DNA of 64,000 nucleotides from Bacteroides sp. (GTDB lineage Bacteria; Bacteroidota; Bacteroidia; Bacteroidales; Bacteroidaceae): positions 3,884 to 67,883 of the forward strand of contig JAGATY010000089.1 of assembly GCA_017621035.1 (NCBI GenBank), written 5' to 3'. Below are positions 8,651 through 19,083 of the stretch, piece after piece. A program made the translations under genes and the position numbers. The first letter of the stretch is position 1, and each line of letters starts with the position of its first letter. The notes under the pieces were generated by a model. That model did not search any database. It was not told the origin of the DNA and worked only from the letters and a program-made list of their open reading frames with translations.

Positions 8651-9229
8651 CTACCAGGCACGTCCTTTGAAGATGTTGGACTGGCTGAGGGGTACCACCG
8701 TGCCGCTCAACGTCATGTTGTTGTTGTTGAAGTTCGGGCTGATGTCCACCGTCGCACTGTTGCCATCTTTGTAGAGCGTGAGGAAGATTTGGGCCGAGAT
8801 GCCGATGCCCACGATGGTAAAGTTGTAGTCCACGTTGCCTTCTTTGTCGGTTTTCAGCTCGATGCCGCTCACGGTGCCGTCTACGGTGACGCCGCCGATG
8901 CCGTTGGGGCCGGGGTACATGGTGTTGAAGGCCACCTGTACCGTTCCGCGGTTACCGTTCACCAGCACAAAGTTGGTGCCGGTGTTGACGAAGGCCGTCT
9001 GGCCCGTTCGGAACACCACCTGGTCGGCCTCCAGCACAAACTGGTTGCTTTTCAAGGCCTCCAAGGCCTCTTCGTAAGAGATTTGGTCCTGAACTTGCTC
9101 CTCGGCGCGCAGGCGGGCACGCTCTGCGTCGCGTTTGGCCTTGCGTTCGGCCTTGGTTTCTTGGGCGCAGACGGTGCTTACCGCCATGCCCAGCAGCACG
9201 AAGGCTGCCCATGCAAATAACTTCTTCAT
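8651..9229 (-). CDS. DUF4251-like secreted protein
   Basis: Start taken at MKKLFAW (signal peptide); coiled-coil then FVLEADQV...NFV...GGVTVDG beta-rich domain typical of this Bacteroidetes family. Confidence 0.75.
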   Translation of the reverse strand: MKKLFAWAAFVLLGMAVSTVCAQETKAERKAKRDAERARLRAEEQVQDQISYEEALEALKSNQFVLEADQVVFRTGQTAFVNTGTNFVLVNGNRGTVQVAFNTMYPGPNGIGGVTVDGTVSGIELKTDKEGNVDYNFTIVGIGISAQIFLTLYKDGNSATVDISPNFNNNNMTLSGTVVPLSQSNIFKGRAW

Positions 9230-9389
9230 AATTACACATCTGTTTAGGTTTACGAGCCGACGTTCGTCGTCAGCGTTCATTCCAACAACACTGCCGGTCG
9301 GGAAATGTTCACTGCCGCCTGCCCGCTCTTGCCTTAAAAAGAGTTGCAGCCGCCCGGGGGATGCCCGCCGGGGAGCCGGAAAGCGTGGA

Positions 9390-9670
9390 AACTGTGCGGC
9401 GACCCCTCGCCGGAGACCTCAGAACGTTTGAAAAGGGTCGGCGACCCCTTGAAAGTCATTTCCGAAGCTTTGAAAATCGATTCCGAGGCCTCGAAACCCA
9501 TTTCCGAAGCTTTGGAAATCGATTCTGACCCCTCGCCGACCATTTCCGAAGCTTTGAAAATGGGTTTTGGCCCCTCGGCGACCATTTCTCACGTTTTTAG
9601 GTCTCCGGCGAGGGGTCGCCGCGGAGCTTTGGAATTTCTGAAACGGTTGGCGAGGGGTCGCCGCACAGTT
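9390..9670. repeat. Miniature element: 24-bp perfect inverted repeat enclosing 42-bp-period repeats
   Basis: GCGGCGACCCCTCGCCGGAGACCT (9396-9419) and its exact reverse complement (9599-9622), plus a partial second right arm (9649-9670); CATTTC recurs at 9457, 9499, 9541, 9583. Confidence 0.85.
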
Positions 9671-9803
9671 CAGAAGTTTTTCAGCCCCCTGCCGGAGGCG
9701 CTGCTGCGGGCCGGAAAAAGAAGAACTTGGCTCCCGAGGGCGGGAAAACCAAGTTCCGAGAATTGTTATGAAATGAAAAAGTCTCTTCAGGCAGCCACCG
9801 GCG

Positions 9804-12113
9804 TCAGGGGCGGGCAACGGTGAGCGCCTCTTCCTCCTGCAGCCGGTAGGGGGTGCCGTAGAGGCGGATGGTGAGCGGCTGTCCGGCCACGAGACGGATG
9901 GCAACCTCGTCGCTCACCCTTACGTGCAACGTGCGCCCCTGGAAGTTGACCTTGAAGGCATAGCTCTTCCACTTGTCCGGCTTCACGGGCGCAAAGGTCA
10001 GCGTGTTGTCCGTCAGTTGCATGCCGCCAAAGCCTCGCACAATAGCCAGCCACGAGCCGGGCATGCTGGTGATGTGCAGCCCCTGAGCAGCCTCGTTGTT
10101 GTAGTCGTCCAAGTCCAGTCGCGTGGCATGGAGAAACAGCTCGTAAGCCTTCTCCACCTTCCCGATGCGGGCTGCCAGGATGGCGTGGATGTGGGGGGAG
10201 AGCGATGACTCGTGCACGGTCATCGGCTCGTAGAACTCGAAGTTTCGGCGGATGGTTTCGAGGTCGAACTCGTTGTAGTAGAGGTACAGCCCAAGCAGTA
10301 CGTCACTCTGCTTGATGTAGCAGGAGCGCAGGATGCGATCCCAAGACCAATGCTGGTTGATGGGGCGCTCGCCGGAAGGAATGGCATCGGTGCTCAGCAA
10401 CTCTTTGTCCAGGTATCCGTCGTTTTGGACGAAGATGCCCAGCTCTTTGTCCTCGGGGAGATAGATATTGTCGATGATTTCCTGCCAGCGGCGGGTCTCT
10501 CCGGCCTCGTCGAAAGCCGCTTTGCGGCAAACGCGCTCGTAGTCCCCGGGATAATCCTTCTTGATAAGCTCCACGGCCTCAATCGCCATCTTCAAGCACT
10601 GTTTGCAGGAGAAGTTGGTGTACCAGTTGTTATCTACATTGTTTTCATACTCGTTGGGGCCGGTCACTCCCAGGATTACAAACTGCTGCTTGGGGCGGGA
10701 GAAGGATACGCGCTGACTCCAAAAACGGCAGACGGCAATCAGCACCTCCAGTCCGCAATGTGCCAAGTAGTCGAAAGAACCGCCGGTGTGTACGTGTTGC
10801 CAAATGGCGTAGACGATGATGTTGTTGCGGTGTATTTCCTCAAAAGTAATCTCCCACTCGCTGTGGCACTCCTCGCCGTTGTTAGTAGTCTGCGGAAAGA
10901 GGGCAGCTCCGTCGCGGAATCCCAGCTTTTTGGCGTTTTCGATGGCCTTGGGGAGCTGGTTGTAACGATATAAAAGCAAGTTTTCGCTGATTTCTTTCGA
11001 GGTGGACATCAAAAAGAAAGGCACGCAACAGAGTTCCGTGTTCCAGTAAGTATTCCCACCGTATCGCTCCCCCGTAAAACCCTTCGGCGCGATGTTCAGA
11101 CGCGGGTCATCTCCCCGATAGGCCTGATAGAGCTGGAAAATGTTGTAGCGAATGCCTTGCTGGGCCTCGGGATCGCCTTCGATGACGATGTCGGTCTCAT
11201 CCCAAATCTCTTTCCAGGCCAGACAATGCTCTTCCAAGAGTTTTTCCCACCCGACGGCGACCGCCTGCCGCACTTCGGTGGCCGACTGCTCAATCAATTC
11301 GTTTCGCTCGCAATGGAGAGAGGAGAGAATGGCCACGTACTTGATAAGGCAAACCGAGTCGCCCGGTTTGACATCGACGCCGACACTGTAGCCCGCCTGC
11401 TTCTCCTTCTCGATACGTATGGCGTTGGCTGCAATCTCTTTCCCGTTCTTGCAGAGCTGATAACTCATGGCATAACAGACCTGAGCATCTTCCCGACGGG
11501 TCTGCGTCCACAAATAAGCGTACTCACGGGTGGCGCCGGAGCGCAGGATGTTCCAGATTTTTTCGTTCGGCCGGCTCTCCTTGTCGGCAACGTTGGCATC
11601 GAGCAAAGGAATGAAAGAAATCTTCCCGCTATAGTTTACAGACGTAACCGAATACTTGATGAGGCAAAGATTGGGACGTGCCATGTCTGTGATGTGCTCC
11701 ACGTGCAACCGCAACTGATTTCCGCGCGGTGAAGTCACCTCCACGTCCCGATAAGAAACACCGCCCTTCATGTCCAGCCGTCGGCAGAAACTGTCGACAT
11801 CCCATTGCGCCAAATCCAGCTCCTCGTCAATCAGTCGCAAACTGATGCGACTCCAATCAGGTGCATTAGGGATGCGCGTGAAGTAGGTGGGAAATCCATT
11901 CTTCCACCACATGACGCGCGTATAGTCCAAATAACTGATGCCTGCCACATACGAGCCCCGGTAAGAGTCGCTGGAATAGGGTTCTTCGAAATTTCCCCGC
12001 TGGCCGAAACGTCCGTTTCCTAAACTGAATATACTTTCTGATTTGCGTAGATTGTTGGCGTTGAAGCTCTCTTCGATGATGCTCCACTCGTCGGTTTTCA
12101 AGTATCGCTTCAT
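9804..12113 (-). CDS. GH65 glycoside phosphorylase (maltose phosphorylase-like), cytoplasmic
   Basis: ESIFSLGNG, KGFTGERYGG, YWNTE, catalytic region VTGPNEYENNVDNNWYTN, phosphate-site KQSD and HESSLS; no signal peptide. Confidence 0.93.
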   Translation of the reverse strand: MKRYLKTDEWSIIEESFNANNLRKSESIFSLGNGRFGQRGNFEEPYSSDSYRGSYVAGISYLDYTRVMWWKNGFPTYFTRIPNAPDWSRISLRLIDEELDLAQWDVDSFCRRLDMKGGVSYRDVEVTSPRGNQLRLHVEHITDMARPNLCLIKYSVTSVNYSGKISFIPLLDANVADKESRPNEKIWNILRSGATREYAYLWTQTRREDAQVCYAMSYQLCKNGKEIAANAIRIEKEKQAGYSVGVDVKPGDSVCLIKYVAILSSLHCERNELIEQSATEVRQAVAVGWEKLLEEHCLAWKEIWDETDIVIEGDPEAQQGIRYNIFQLYQAYRGDDPRLNIAPKGFTGERYGGNTYWNTELCCVPFFLMSTSKEISENLLLYRYNQLPKAIENAKKLGFRDGAALFPQTTNNGEECHSEWEITFEEIHRNNIIVYAIWQHVHTGGSFDYLAHCGLEVLIAVCRFWSQRVSFSRPKQQFVILGVTGPNEYENNVDNNWYTNFSCKQCLKMAIEAVELIKKDYPGDYERVCRKAAFDEAGETRRWQEIIDNIYLPEDKELGIFVQNDGYLDKELLSTDAIPSGERPINQHWSWDRILRSCYIKQSDVLLGLYLYYNEFDLETIRRNFEFYEPMTVHESSLSPHIHAILAARIGKVEKAYELFLHATRLDLDDYNNEAAQGLHITSMPGSWLAIVRGFGGMQLTDNTLTFAPVKPDKWKSYAFKVNFQGRTLHVRVSDEVAIRLVAGQPLTIRLYGTPYRLQEEEALTVARP

Positions 12114-12290
12114 GGTTTTATTGCTTGGTTAACGCCGTAAAGATAGAGAATTCTGATTATAAAACTCAAATCTTCAACCGGAAAAGTGTTGATATACCTA
12201 TAAATAGCGATTCCATAAACCTGCAAACCTTTGGTAGAGGCGTGCGAGGTTTATGGAATCGCTACCAAAACAGGAAAAGTAACCGATGGC

Positions 12291-13640
12291 TTACTGTTTC
12301 TCCTCCTTAATCAGATATACGCAGGCGGCACCCACAATCAACATGATTCCGGCCATTACCAGCATGTTGATTTCAGGCGGCAGACAACCTTCGGGAGTAA
12401 ACAAAGCCAAGATGGAGCCGCCCAAAGCAGCTGCAACGATTTGCGGGATGCAGATGGTGCCGTTGAACAGACCCAAGTAAGTTCCCATGTGTCCGCCACT
12501 CAACGCATTGGTCAGAATGGTGAACGGCAAGGCCAGCATGGCAGCCCACGCACACCCGATAAGGATGAACGATGCAAACAGCAGGTAAGGATCGTGGATG
12601 AAATAGGTTGAAATGAAACCAATGCCACCCAAAACAAGGCTCAAAGCGTAAACAAAGCGACGGTCTTTGAACATCGGGATGCAAATAGCCCACAAAACTG
12701 AACCAATGGCTTGCACGGCAAACAATACACCGACCCAATTGGCTGCCTCTTGGTACTGCGTGCTGGTGGTATCGAGCACAACCTTTCCGGCCAGCTCGAT
12801 GCTGGGCGCATCAAAAGCATTAGCTGCAATACTGCCGTTCGTATAGGTCCACATAAACATAAAAGCAAACCAACAGAAGAACTGAACCAACCCCACAGTC
12901 CAGAAAGCTTTCGGAGCCTTAATCAGCAGCTTGAACATATTGACTTTTTCATTCTTTTGCTCCTCGGTAATGCCATGATATTCGGCATATTCTGCAGGAG
13001 GCATCTCTTTCACCTTAACGGTAGTGTAGATAACACAGAAAATCAGAATCGCCGCACCGATGTAAAAGGCGTAAATCACTGAATCGGGGATAACACCTTG
13101 CGGAGCAGTGTTGCTGATGCCCACCATGGCAAAGATGAAGGGGAACAGATAGCCTACCAGACTTCCGGCATTGCAAAGGAAGCTCTGGATAGAGTAGGCA
13201 AGTCCTTTTTGCTTCTCGTTCACCATGTCGCCAACCATCATCTTAAACGGCTGCATGGCCATGTTGATGGAAGTATCAAGAAACATCAATGAAACGAGGC
13301 CGAAAATCATGGCTGTGCTGACTTGCATACCGAAACTGCCGGCATTGGGCAACAAACACATCACCAATACGGCAATCAGAGAGCCGATGAACAGATACGG
13401 AATGCGACGACCAAAGCGCGTCCAGGTCTTATCGCTGGCGGCACCGACGATAGGTTGCACAATGATGCCTGCCAACGGAGGCAGAATCCAGAAATAGCTC
13501 AAACTGTGCGGGTCGGCTCCTAATGTTGAGAAGATACGACTAATGTTTGCGCTTTGCAGGGCGTAGGCAATTTGTACGCCGAAGAAGCCGAAGCTGATGT
13601 TCCACAGCTTCCAAAAACTTAAATCAGGTTTTACTTTCAT
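12291..13640 (-). CDS. MFS sugar transporter (SLC45/maltose-sucrose GPH-like)
   Basis: FGFFGVQIAYALQ, QPIVGAASD, GRRIPY motifs; about 12 hydrophobic segments. Confidence 0.9.
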   Translation of the reverse strand: MKVKPDLSFWKLWNISFGFFGVQIAYALQSANISRIFSTLGADPHSLSYFWILPPLAGIIVQPIVGAASDKTWTRFGRRIPYLFIGSLIAVLVMCLLPNAGSFGMQVSTAMIFGLVSLMFLDTSINMAMQPFKMMVGDMVNEKQKGLAYSIQSFLCNAGSLVGYLFPFIFAMVGISNTAPQGVIPDSVIYAFYIGAAILIFCVIYTTVKVKEMPPAEYAEYHGITEEQKNEKVNMFKLLIKAPKAFWTVGLVQFFCWFAFMFMWTYTNGSIAANAFDAPSIELAGKVVLDTTSTQYQEAANWVGVLFAVQAIGSVLWAICIPMFKDRRFVYALSLVLGGIGFISTYFIHDPYLLFASFILIGCAWAAMLALPFTILTNALSGGHMGTYLGLFNGTICIPQIVAAALGGSILALFTPEGCLPPEINMLVMAGIMLIVGAACVYLIKEEKQ

Positions 13641-13663
13641 TGTTATTTTAATTTATAGTTTTG

Positions 13664-14671
13664 TTATTTTGTTGTTCCTCTTACAACAAGATTGGTTTTC
13701 ACAATCTTGTTACAGCTCTTTTCACCGTCTCCTTCCAGCTTTTCAATCAAAATGCTGAATGCGCTTTTACCTACCTCCTCTCCGTGCTGCTCCACGGTTG
13801 TCAGTTTGGGGTCGGTGCTTTGCGCAATGGCACCGTCGGTAAAGCCGCAGATGGAAACTTCGTCAGGAACCTTTACGCCTACCAGTTTGCAGGCATACAA
13901 AATGCCGGCAGCTGTTTCATCATTGATAGCGAAGAATCCGTCCGGTCTGTTCTCGCTTTCCAGCAGGTCGGGCGTGATGGCAATGGCACGTTCCCGGGTA
14001 TCGCAAAGCAACATCATGCTTTCGTCAACGGGAATCTTATATTTTTTCAGGGCATCCAGATAACCGTTTCTTCGATTCTTGGTAATTTCCAGGTGTGGAG
14101 CAGCTCCGTAAAAGAAGATACGCTTGCAGCCGGTCTGAATCATGTATTCGACAGCGGCAAACGAGCCGGCATAGTCATCTACCACCACTCGCTCGGTTTT
14201 CAAACCGGTGCAGATGCGGTCGTAGAAGACAATGGGTATTCCGTTATTCAGTAATTCTTGATAATGATCATATCGGGAAGTGTTTTTGGCCAATGAGGCA
14301 ATCACTCCGCATACACGGGCGGCCAAGAAAGATTGGGCTATTTTGACTTCTTGCTCATACGACTCGTTGCTTTGCGCTACAATGATGTTGTAACCGGCTT
14401 CGGCAGCTGTCTTTTCGATGCCGCTCAGTACGCAGGAGAAGAAGTGGTGTACCAACTGTGGAACGATTACGCCGATGGTATTTGAGCGGCTGACGCGCAG
14501 ATTGACGGCCAACTCATTGGGCTTGTAATTGTGCTCTCGGGCATAGTTTTGCACCAGAGTACGAGTTTCTTGGCTGATGTCGGGATTGTTTTTTAGTGCC
14601 CTCGATACAGTAGAGGGGGAAACATTCAGTGCTCGCGCAATGTCTTTGATGGTAATCTGCGGCTTATTCAT
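13664..14671 (-). CDS. LacI family transcriptional regulator (MalR-like)
   Basis: ITIKDIARALNVSPSTVSRAL HTH, YKPN hinge, periplasmic-binding-protein-like sugar domain. Confidence 0.95.
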   Translation of the reverse strand: MNKPQITIKDIARALNVSPSTVSRALKNNPDISQETRTLVQNYAREHNYKPNELAVNLRVSRSNTIGVIVPQLVHHFFSCVLSGIEKTAAEAGYNIIVAQSNESYEQEVKIAQSFLAARVCGVIASLAKNTSRYDHYQELLNNGIPIVFYDRICTGLKTERVVVDDYAGSFAAVEYMIQTGCKRIFFYGAAPHLEITKNRRNGYLDALKKYKIPVDESMMLLCDTRERAIAITPDLLESENRPDGFFAINDETAAGILYACKLVGVKVPDEVSICGFTDGAIAQSTDPKLTTVEQHGEEVGKSAFSILIEKLEGDGEKSCNKIVKTNLVVRGTTK

Positions 14672-14839
14672 GTGCTTTTCCGGAAATCTGATTTAAAGGT
14701 TATGCTAGCAACTTATTTTAATGTTAAACCGAAAACAAGGTTCAGACGAATCCTTGTAGGCAATATTGATATTTTTTGCAAATATAGGAGAATGCTTTTG
14801 AATATCCGTATAGGCTCTGCCTAAATATTTTATGCACTT

Positions 14840-14855
14840 TTGCAAACGTTTGCAA
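14840..14855. promoter_or_regulatory. Putative LacI operator, perfect 16-bp palindrome
   Basis: TTGCAAACGTTTGCAA with the central CG typical of LacI operators, between a minus-strand TATATTTG box (14779-14786) and a plus-strand TATCTTTG box (14936-14943). Confidence 0.75.
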
Positions 14856-14979
14856 TTTCGGGATAGTTTCCGAGGTTTCTCTGCCGTAACAGAATTATTT
14901 TTTTTGTGCTTTCGTGGCCATTCGATTATTATCTCTATCTTTGCGATAAATAATTGTTAACTTAAATAGCGAAACACGT

Positions 14980-16185
14980 ATGCGATACTTAAAGAAAATT
15001 TCCCTCTTGGCAGGGCTGGCTTTGATGTTTGGAGCCTGTGGTGATTCACCAGCAAATTCCGGCGACGAACCGGTAAATCCCAACAATCCGGATGCTCCTG
15101 ATTCTCCTCAGGAGGTAGTGACGAAAACCGATTTTGCTAAGGGAGCAGACATCAGTTGGGTAACAGAATTAGAGAGCAAAGGACATAAGTTCTACAATTC
15201 GAAAGGTGAAGAACGGGAATGTACGGCACTGATGAAGGAATTGGGCTTGGATGCCATTCGCCTGCGTGTGTGGGTCGACCCCAAGGAACACGACAACTGG
15301 TGCAATACAGAAGACTTGGTTGTGAAAGCTAAACGTGCCAAGGATTTGGGCATGGAGGTGATGTTGGATTTCCATTACAGCGATTGGTGGGCAGACCCGG
15401 GACAACAACATAAACCGGCATCATGGAAGGGCTTGGGACTTTTTGACCTGAAGCAAGCTTTGGCGGACCATACCAAAAACGTGCTTAAAGCGCTGAAAAC
15501 AGCCGGTGTAACCCCAAAATGGGTGCAGGTGGGCAATGAAATTCGTCCGGGAATGCTTTGGGATGAAGATGTAAAACTGAGTGGCGCCTCTTGGGACATT
15601 AAAGAGAATGAAGTGAAAGGCTCCAACTCCACCTCCACGGCCGTGAAGTACCCGAAGAACTGGAGTAATCTGGGTGCCTTCATCGCTACGGCTTACGATG
15701 CTGTAAAGACTGAATGCGCCGATGCCATCGTGATAGTTCATTTGGATAATGGTTACGACAGTGGTTTGTACACCTGGTTCTTTGATGAATTGAAAAAGAA
15801 TGGTGGCAAGTGGGATATGATTGGCATGTCCATCTATCCTTACTGGACTATGTTGGAGCATCCGGAATACACCGCCACGCAAACCATTACAGAGTGTATT
15901 GCCAACATCAACCTGGTGGCCAAAAGATATAGCTGTGATGTCATGATTGTGGAGACAGGTATGCAATGTGCCGACGGAAAGACCGGTAACTTGGCTTCAG
16001 CCAGTGTGCTTGCCGACGGAAAGACCAATTTGGCCCGCTTAATTAAAGAGTGTAAAGAGAATACCAACGGCCGATGCAAGGGCGTATTCTATTGGGAGCC
16101 TGAGTGCAAGCCTAGTCAATACGCTTTGGGCGCCTTTACCGAAGATGGCCGTCCAACGGTGATTATGGATGCTTTTGCTAACTGA
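14980..16185 (+). CDS. GH53 endo-beta-1,4-galactanase, lipoprotein
   Basis: MFGAC lipobox; KGADISW, IRLRVWVDP, DFHYSDWWADPG, VQVGNE (acid/base), IVETG (nucleophile), GVFYWEP. Confidence 0.93.
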   Translation: MRYLKKISLLAGLALMFGACGDSPANSGDEPVNPNNPDAPDSPQEVVTKTDFAKGADISWVTELESKGHKFYNSKGEERECTALMKELGLDAIRLRVWVDPKEHDNWCNTEDLVVKAKRAKDLGMEVMLDFHYSDWWADPGQQHKPASWKGLGLFDLKQALADHTKNVLKALKTAGVTPKWVQVGNEIRPGMLWDEDVKLSGASWDIKENEVKGSNSTSTAVKYPKNWSNLGAFIATAYDAVKTECADAIVIVHLDNGYDSGLYTWFFDELKKNGGKWDMIGMSIYPYWTMLEHPEYTATQTITECIANINLVAKRYSCDVMIVETGMQCADGKTGNLASASVLADGKTNLARLIKECKENTNGRCKGVFYWEPECKPSQYALGAFTEDGRPTVIMDAFAN

Positions 16186-16205
16186 AACGTTTAACAGTAA
16201 CGCTT

Positions 16206-18674
16206 ATGAAGAAACTCTTTTTAATCTTCTTTTCCCTCACACTGATTGTAGAAGGATGGGCACAACGTACAGAGTTGTTGCTTGAGAAAGGATGGCGCTT
16301 TACAAAAGGTGATGTGAAGGGAGCTTCGCTTGTTACGCTGGACGATAGCAAGTGGCAGTCGGTAACAGTACCACACGACTGGGCTATTTACGGTCCATTC
16401 GACCGTAGTAACGATTTGCAGAGTGTGGCAGTAAGTCAGAATTTCGAAACAGAGGCTTCGGTGAAGACCGGTCGTACGGGCGGATTGCCTTATGTTGGGG
16501 TAGGATGGTACCGTACTACTTTCAAGACTCCGGCAGACAAACTGGTAACGTTGCTTTTTGACGGTGCTATGAGCGAAGCTCGCGTCTATGTCAACGGACA
16601 TGAAGTCTGCTTCTGGCCTTTTGGTTACAATGCTTTCCATTGCGATGTCACTCCCTATCTGAATAAAGATAATACTCCCAATACCTTAGCCGTGCGCCTG
16701 GAGAATCGTCCCCAATCTTCCCGCTGGTATCCCGGAGCCGGTTTGTATCGCAACGTACGCCTGATTGCTACCGAGAAGATACACGTTCCGGTGTGGGGAA
16801 CCCAACTTACCACTCCCCACGTGGAGGCTGATTATGCTGCCGTTCGTTTGCTGACGGAGGTGGCCAACGCTGGTGAGCAGACAATCCGTATCGTGACGGA
16901 AATTGTTTCGCCGGAGGGTAAAGTGGTTGCCACCAAAGAGAATACACGCAAAATCAATCATGGCCGCCCCTTTGAACAAAACTTCCTGATAGACAAGCCG
17001 GCTCTTTGGTCTCCGGAAACACCTTATTTATATAATGCTGTCTCTAAAATCTTTGTCGAGGGTAAGCAGGTAGATGAATATACCACTCGTTTTGGTATTC
17101 GAAACATTGAGATAGTGGCCGATAAAGGTTTCTTTCTCAACGGAAAGCATCGTAAGTTTCAGGGCGTTTGCAACCATCACGATTTAGGTCCTTTGGGAGC
17201 AGCCGTCAATGTAGCTGCCTTGCGTCGACAACTTACTTTGCTGAAGGAGATGGGTTGCGATGCCGTGCGAACCTCTCACAACATGCCGGCACCGGAGTTG
17301 GTGGAGCTGTGTGACGAAATGGGCTTCATGATGATGGTGGAACCTTTCGACGAGTGGGACATTGCCAAGTGTGCCAACGGTTATCATCGCTATTTTGCCG
17401 AATGGGCAGAGAAAGACATGGTAAACATGCTTCGTCACTTCCGCAACAATCCCAGCGTGGTGATGTGGAGTGTTGGAAACGAGGTTCCTACCCAATGCAG
17501 TGCCGAGGGATATAAAGTTGCCTCCTTCTTGCAAGACATTTGTCACCGTGAGGACCCCACACGTCCCGTTACCTGCGGTATGGATCAGGTAGATTGTGTG
17601 CTTTCCAATGGTTTTGCTGCTATGTTGGATGTGCCCGGTTTCAATTACCGCTCCCATCGTTACGTAGAGGCTTACGGGAAACTGCCTCAGAACATTGTAC
17701 TTGGCTCGGAAACATCCTCTACAGTCAGTTCCCGAGGCATCTATAAGTTCCCGGTAGAGAAAAAAAGTGCAGCTTTGTATGACGACCATCAATCTTCGGG
17801 CTACGACCTGGAGCACTGCTGGTGGTCAAACGTTCCGGACGAAGACTTCGCTTTGGCCGACGACTATCCCTGGACCATCGGGCAATTTGTCTGGACGGGT
17901 TTCGACTACCTGGGCGAGCCCTCTCCCTACGATACAGATGCTTGGCCTAGCCACAGTTCAGTGTTCGGTATCATCGACTTGGCCAGCATTCCCAAAGACC
18001 GCTACTATCTCTACCGAAGCCTTTGGAACAAACAGAAGAATACCCTGCACGTACTACCTCACTGGACTTGGCCGGGGCGCGAAGGTGAGAATACACCGGT
18101 CTTTGTCTATACCAACCACCCAGAAGCCGAACTGTTTGTTAACGGTAAGAGCTACGGCAAACAGCGCAAACTTACGGCAACAGAAGCCCGACAGCTGCAA
18201 GGCAAAGACTCGCTTTGGTTGCAACGTCGGTACAGATTGATGTGGATGGATGTGCCTTACGAAGCCGGTGAACTGAAGGTGGTGGCTTACAATGCGGCAG
18301 GCAAAGCGGTGGATGAACAAGTAGTCCGTACAGCCGGCAAACCTCATCACCTAGAGTTGGTGGCAGACCGCAAGCTTTTGGCGGCCGATGGGAAAGATTT
18401 GGCTTACATCACCGTCCGCGTGCTGGATAAAGAGGGAAATCTCTGCCCGAATGCCGACAATATGGTTTCCTTCAAGGTAAAAGGAGCCGGAACCTATCGG
18501 GCAGGAGCTAATGGAGACCCTACCTGTTTGGAATTGTTTCATTTGCCCAAGATGACAGCCTTCAGCGGACAGCTGACAGCCATCGTTCAGAGCGCAGAAC
18601 ATGTTGGCGAAATCATTCTGGAGGCTAAAAGCAAGGGATTAAAAGGCGCAAAACTGACGTTGCGTACCCAATAA
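16206..18674 (+). CDS. GH2 beta-galactosidase
   Basis: Signal peptide; VPHDW, WYPGAGLYR, GVCNHHD, RTSHN, WSVGNE, LGSET, WTGFDYLGEP. Confidence 0.93.
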   Translation: MKKLFLIFFSLTLIVEGWAQRTELLLEKGWRFTKGDVKGASLVTLDDSKWQSVTVPHDWAIYGPFDRSNDLQSVAVSQNFETEASVKTGRTGGLPYVGVGWYRTTFKTPADKLVTLLFDGAMSEARVYVNGHEVCFWPFGYNAFHCDVTPYLNKDNTPNTLAVRLENRPQSSRWYPGAGLYRNVRLIATEKIHVPVWGTQLTTPHVEADYAAVRLLTEVANAGEQTIRIVTEIVSPEGKVVATKENTRKINHGRPFEQNFLIDKPALWSPETPYLYNAVSKIFVEGKQVDEYTTRFGIRNIEIVADKGFFLNGKHRKFQGVCNHHDLGPLGAAVNVAALRRQLTLLKEMGCDAVRTSHNMPAPELVELCDEMGFMMMVEPFDEWDIAKCANGYHRYFAEWAEKDMVNMLRHFRNNPSVVMWSVGNEVPTQCSAEGYKVASFLQDICHREDPTRPVTCGMDQVDCVLSNGFAAMLDVPGFNYRSHRYVEAYGKLPQNIVLGSETSSTVSSRGIYKFPVEKKSAALYDDHQSSGYDLEHCWWSNVPDEDFALADDYPWTIGQFVWTGFDYLGEPSPYDTDAWPSHSSVFGIIDLASIPKDRYYLYRSLWNKQKNTLHVLPHWTWPGREGENTPVFVYTNHPEAELFVNGKSYGKQRKLTATEARQLQGKDSLWLQRRYRLMWMDVPYEAGELKVVAYNAAGKAVDEQVVRTAGKPHHLELVADRKLLAADGKDLAYITVRVLDKEGNLCPNADNMVSFKVKGAGTYRAGANGDPTCLELFHLPKMTAFSGQLTAIVQSAEHVGEIILEAKSKGLKGAKLTLRTQ

Positions 18675-18681
18675 CCTACTG

Positions 18682-18836
18682 AAAGGCATCACAAACGTAT
18701 GTTCTTGCATCCCAAAAAACGCCTCTTCCTGCGGCTTTATTGTGAGTGCGAAAGAGAAAGTCGCTTCCGATTTTCCTCATACAGTACTACAACGGATGCA
18801 CTTTAGGACACGATGCACCCCGTTTGTGATGCCTTT
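18682..18836. repeat. 155-bp element with 16-bp perfect terminal inverted repeats
   Basis: AAAGGCATCACAAACG (18682-18697) / CGTTTGTGATGCCTTT (18821-18836), starting 8 bp after the GH2 stop. Confidence 0.75.
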
Positions 18837-19083
18837 TCCCCCTCTCCCGCTCCTGTTTTGGCGTCATGCACACACACTTTCGCTCTGTTTGATGTGCTTT
18901 AAAAAATGTATTTCTAACTCCCGCAAGAGTTCACAAGAGACGAACTGGTGAGGCTGAGGGTGCAGAGGGGAGAAAGCGAAAATGTGAAAACCATCATACA
19001 TAGATGGAAATCAGCTGGTTACATAAATGAAGTTAGACGTCTCTGCTACCGAAAGAAAGAGTAATTTCAAATAAACTGAAGTC

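Noticed and set aside
9334-9904. Short ORFs with 7/14-residue periodicity (9334-9585, 9344-9823, 9419-9904)
   Set aside because: They are by-products of the 42-bp DNA repeat, open in several frames, with no signal or motif. Ribo-seq would be needed to support any of them.
12222-12235. Third LacI operator upstream of GH65 (TGCAAACCTTTGGT)
   Set aside because: It matches only 11/14, lacks the central CG, and lies in the loop of a 16-bp hairpin (12207-12262) better explained as a terminator or processing stem.
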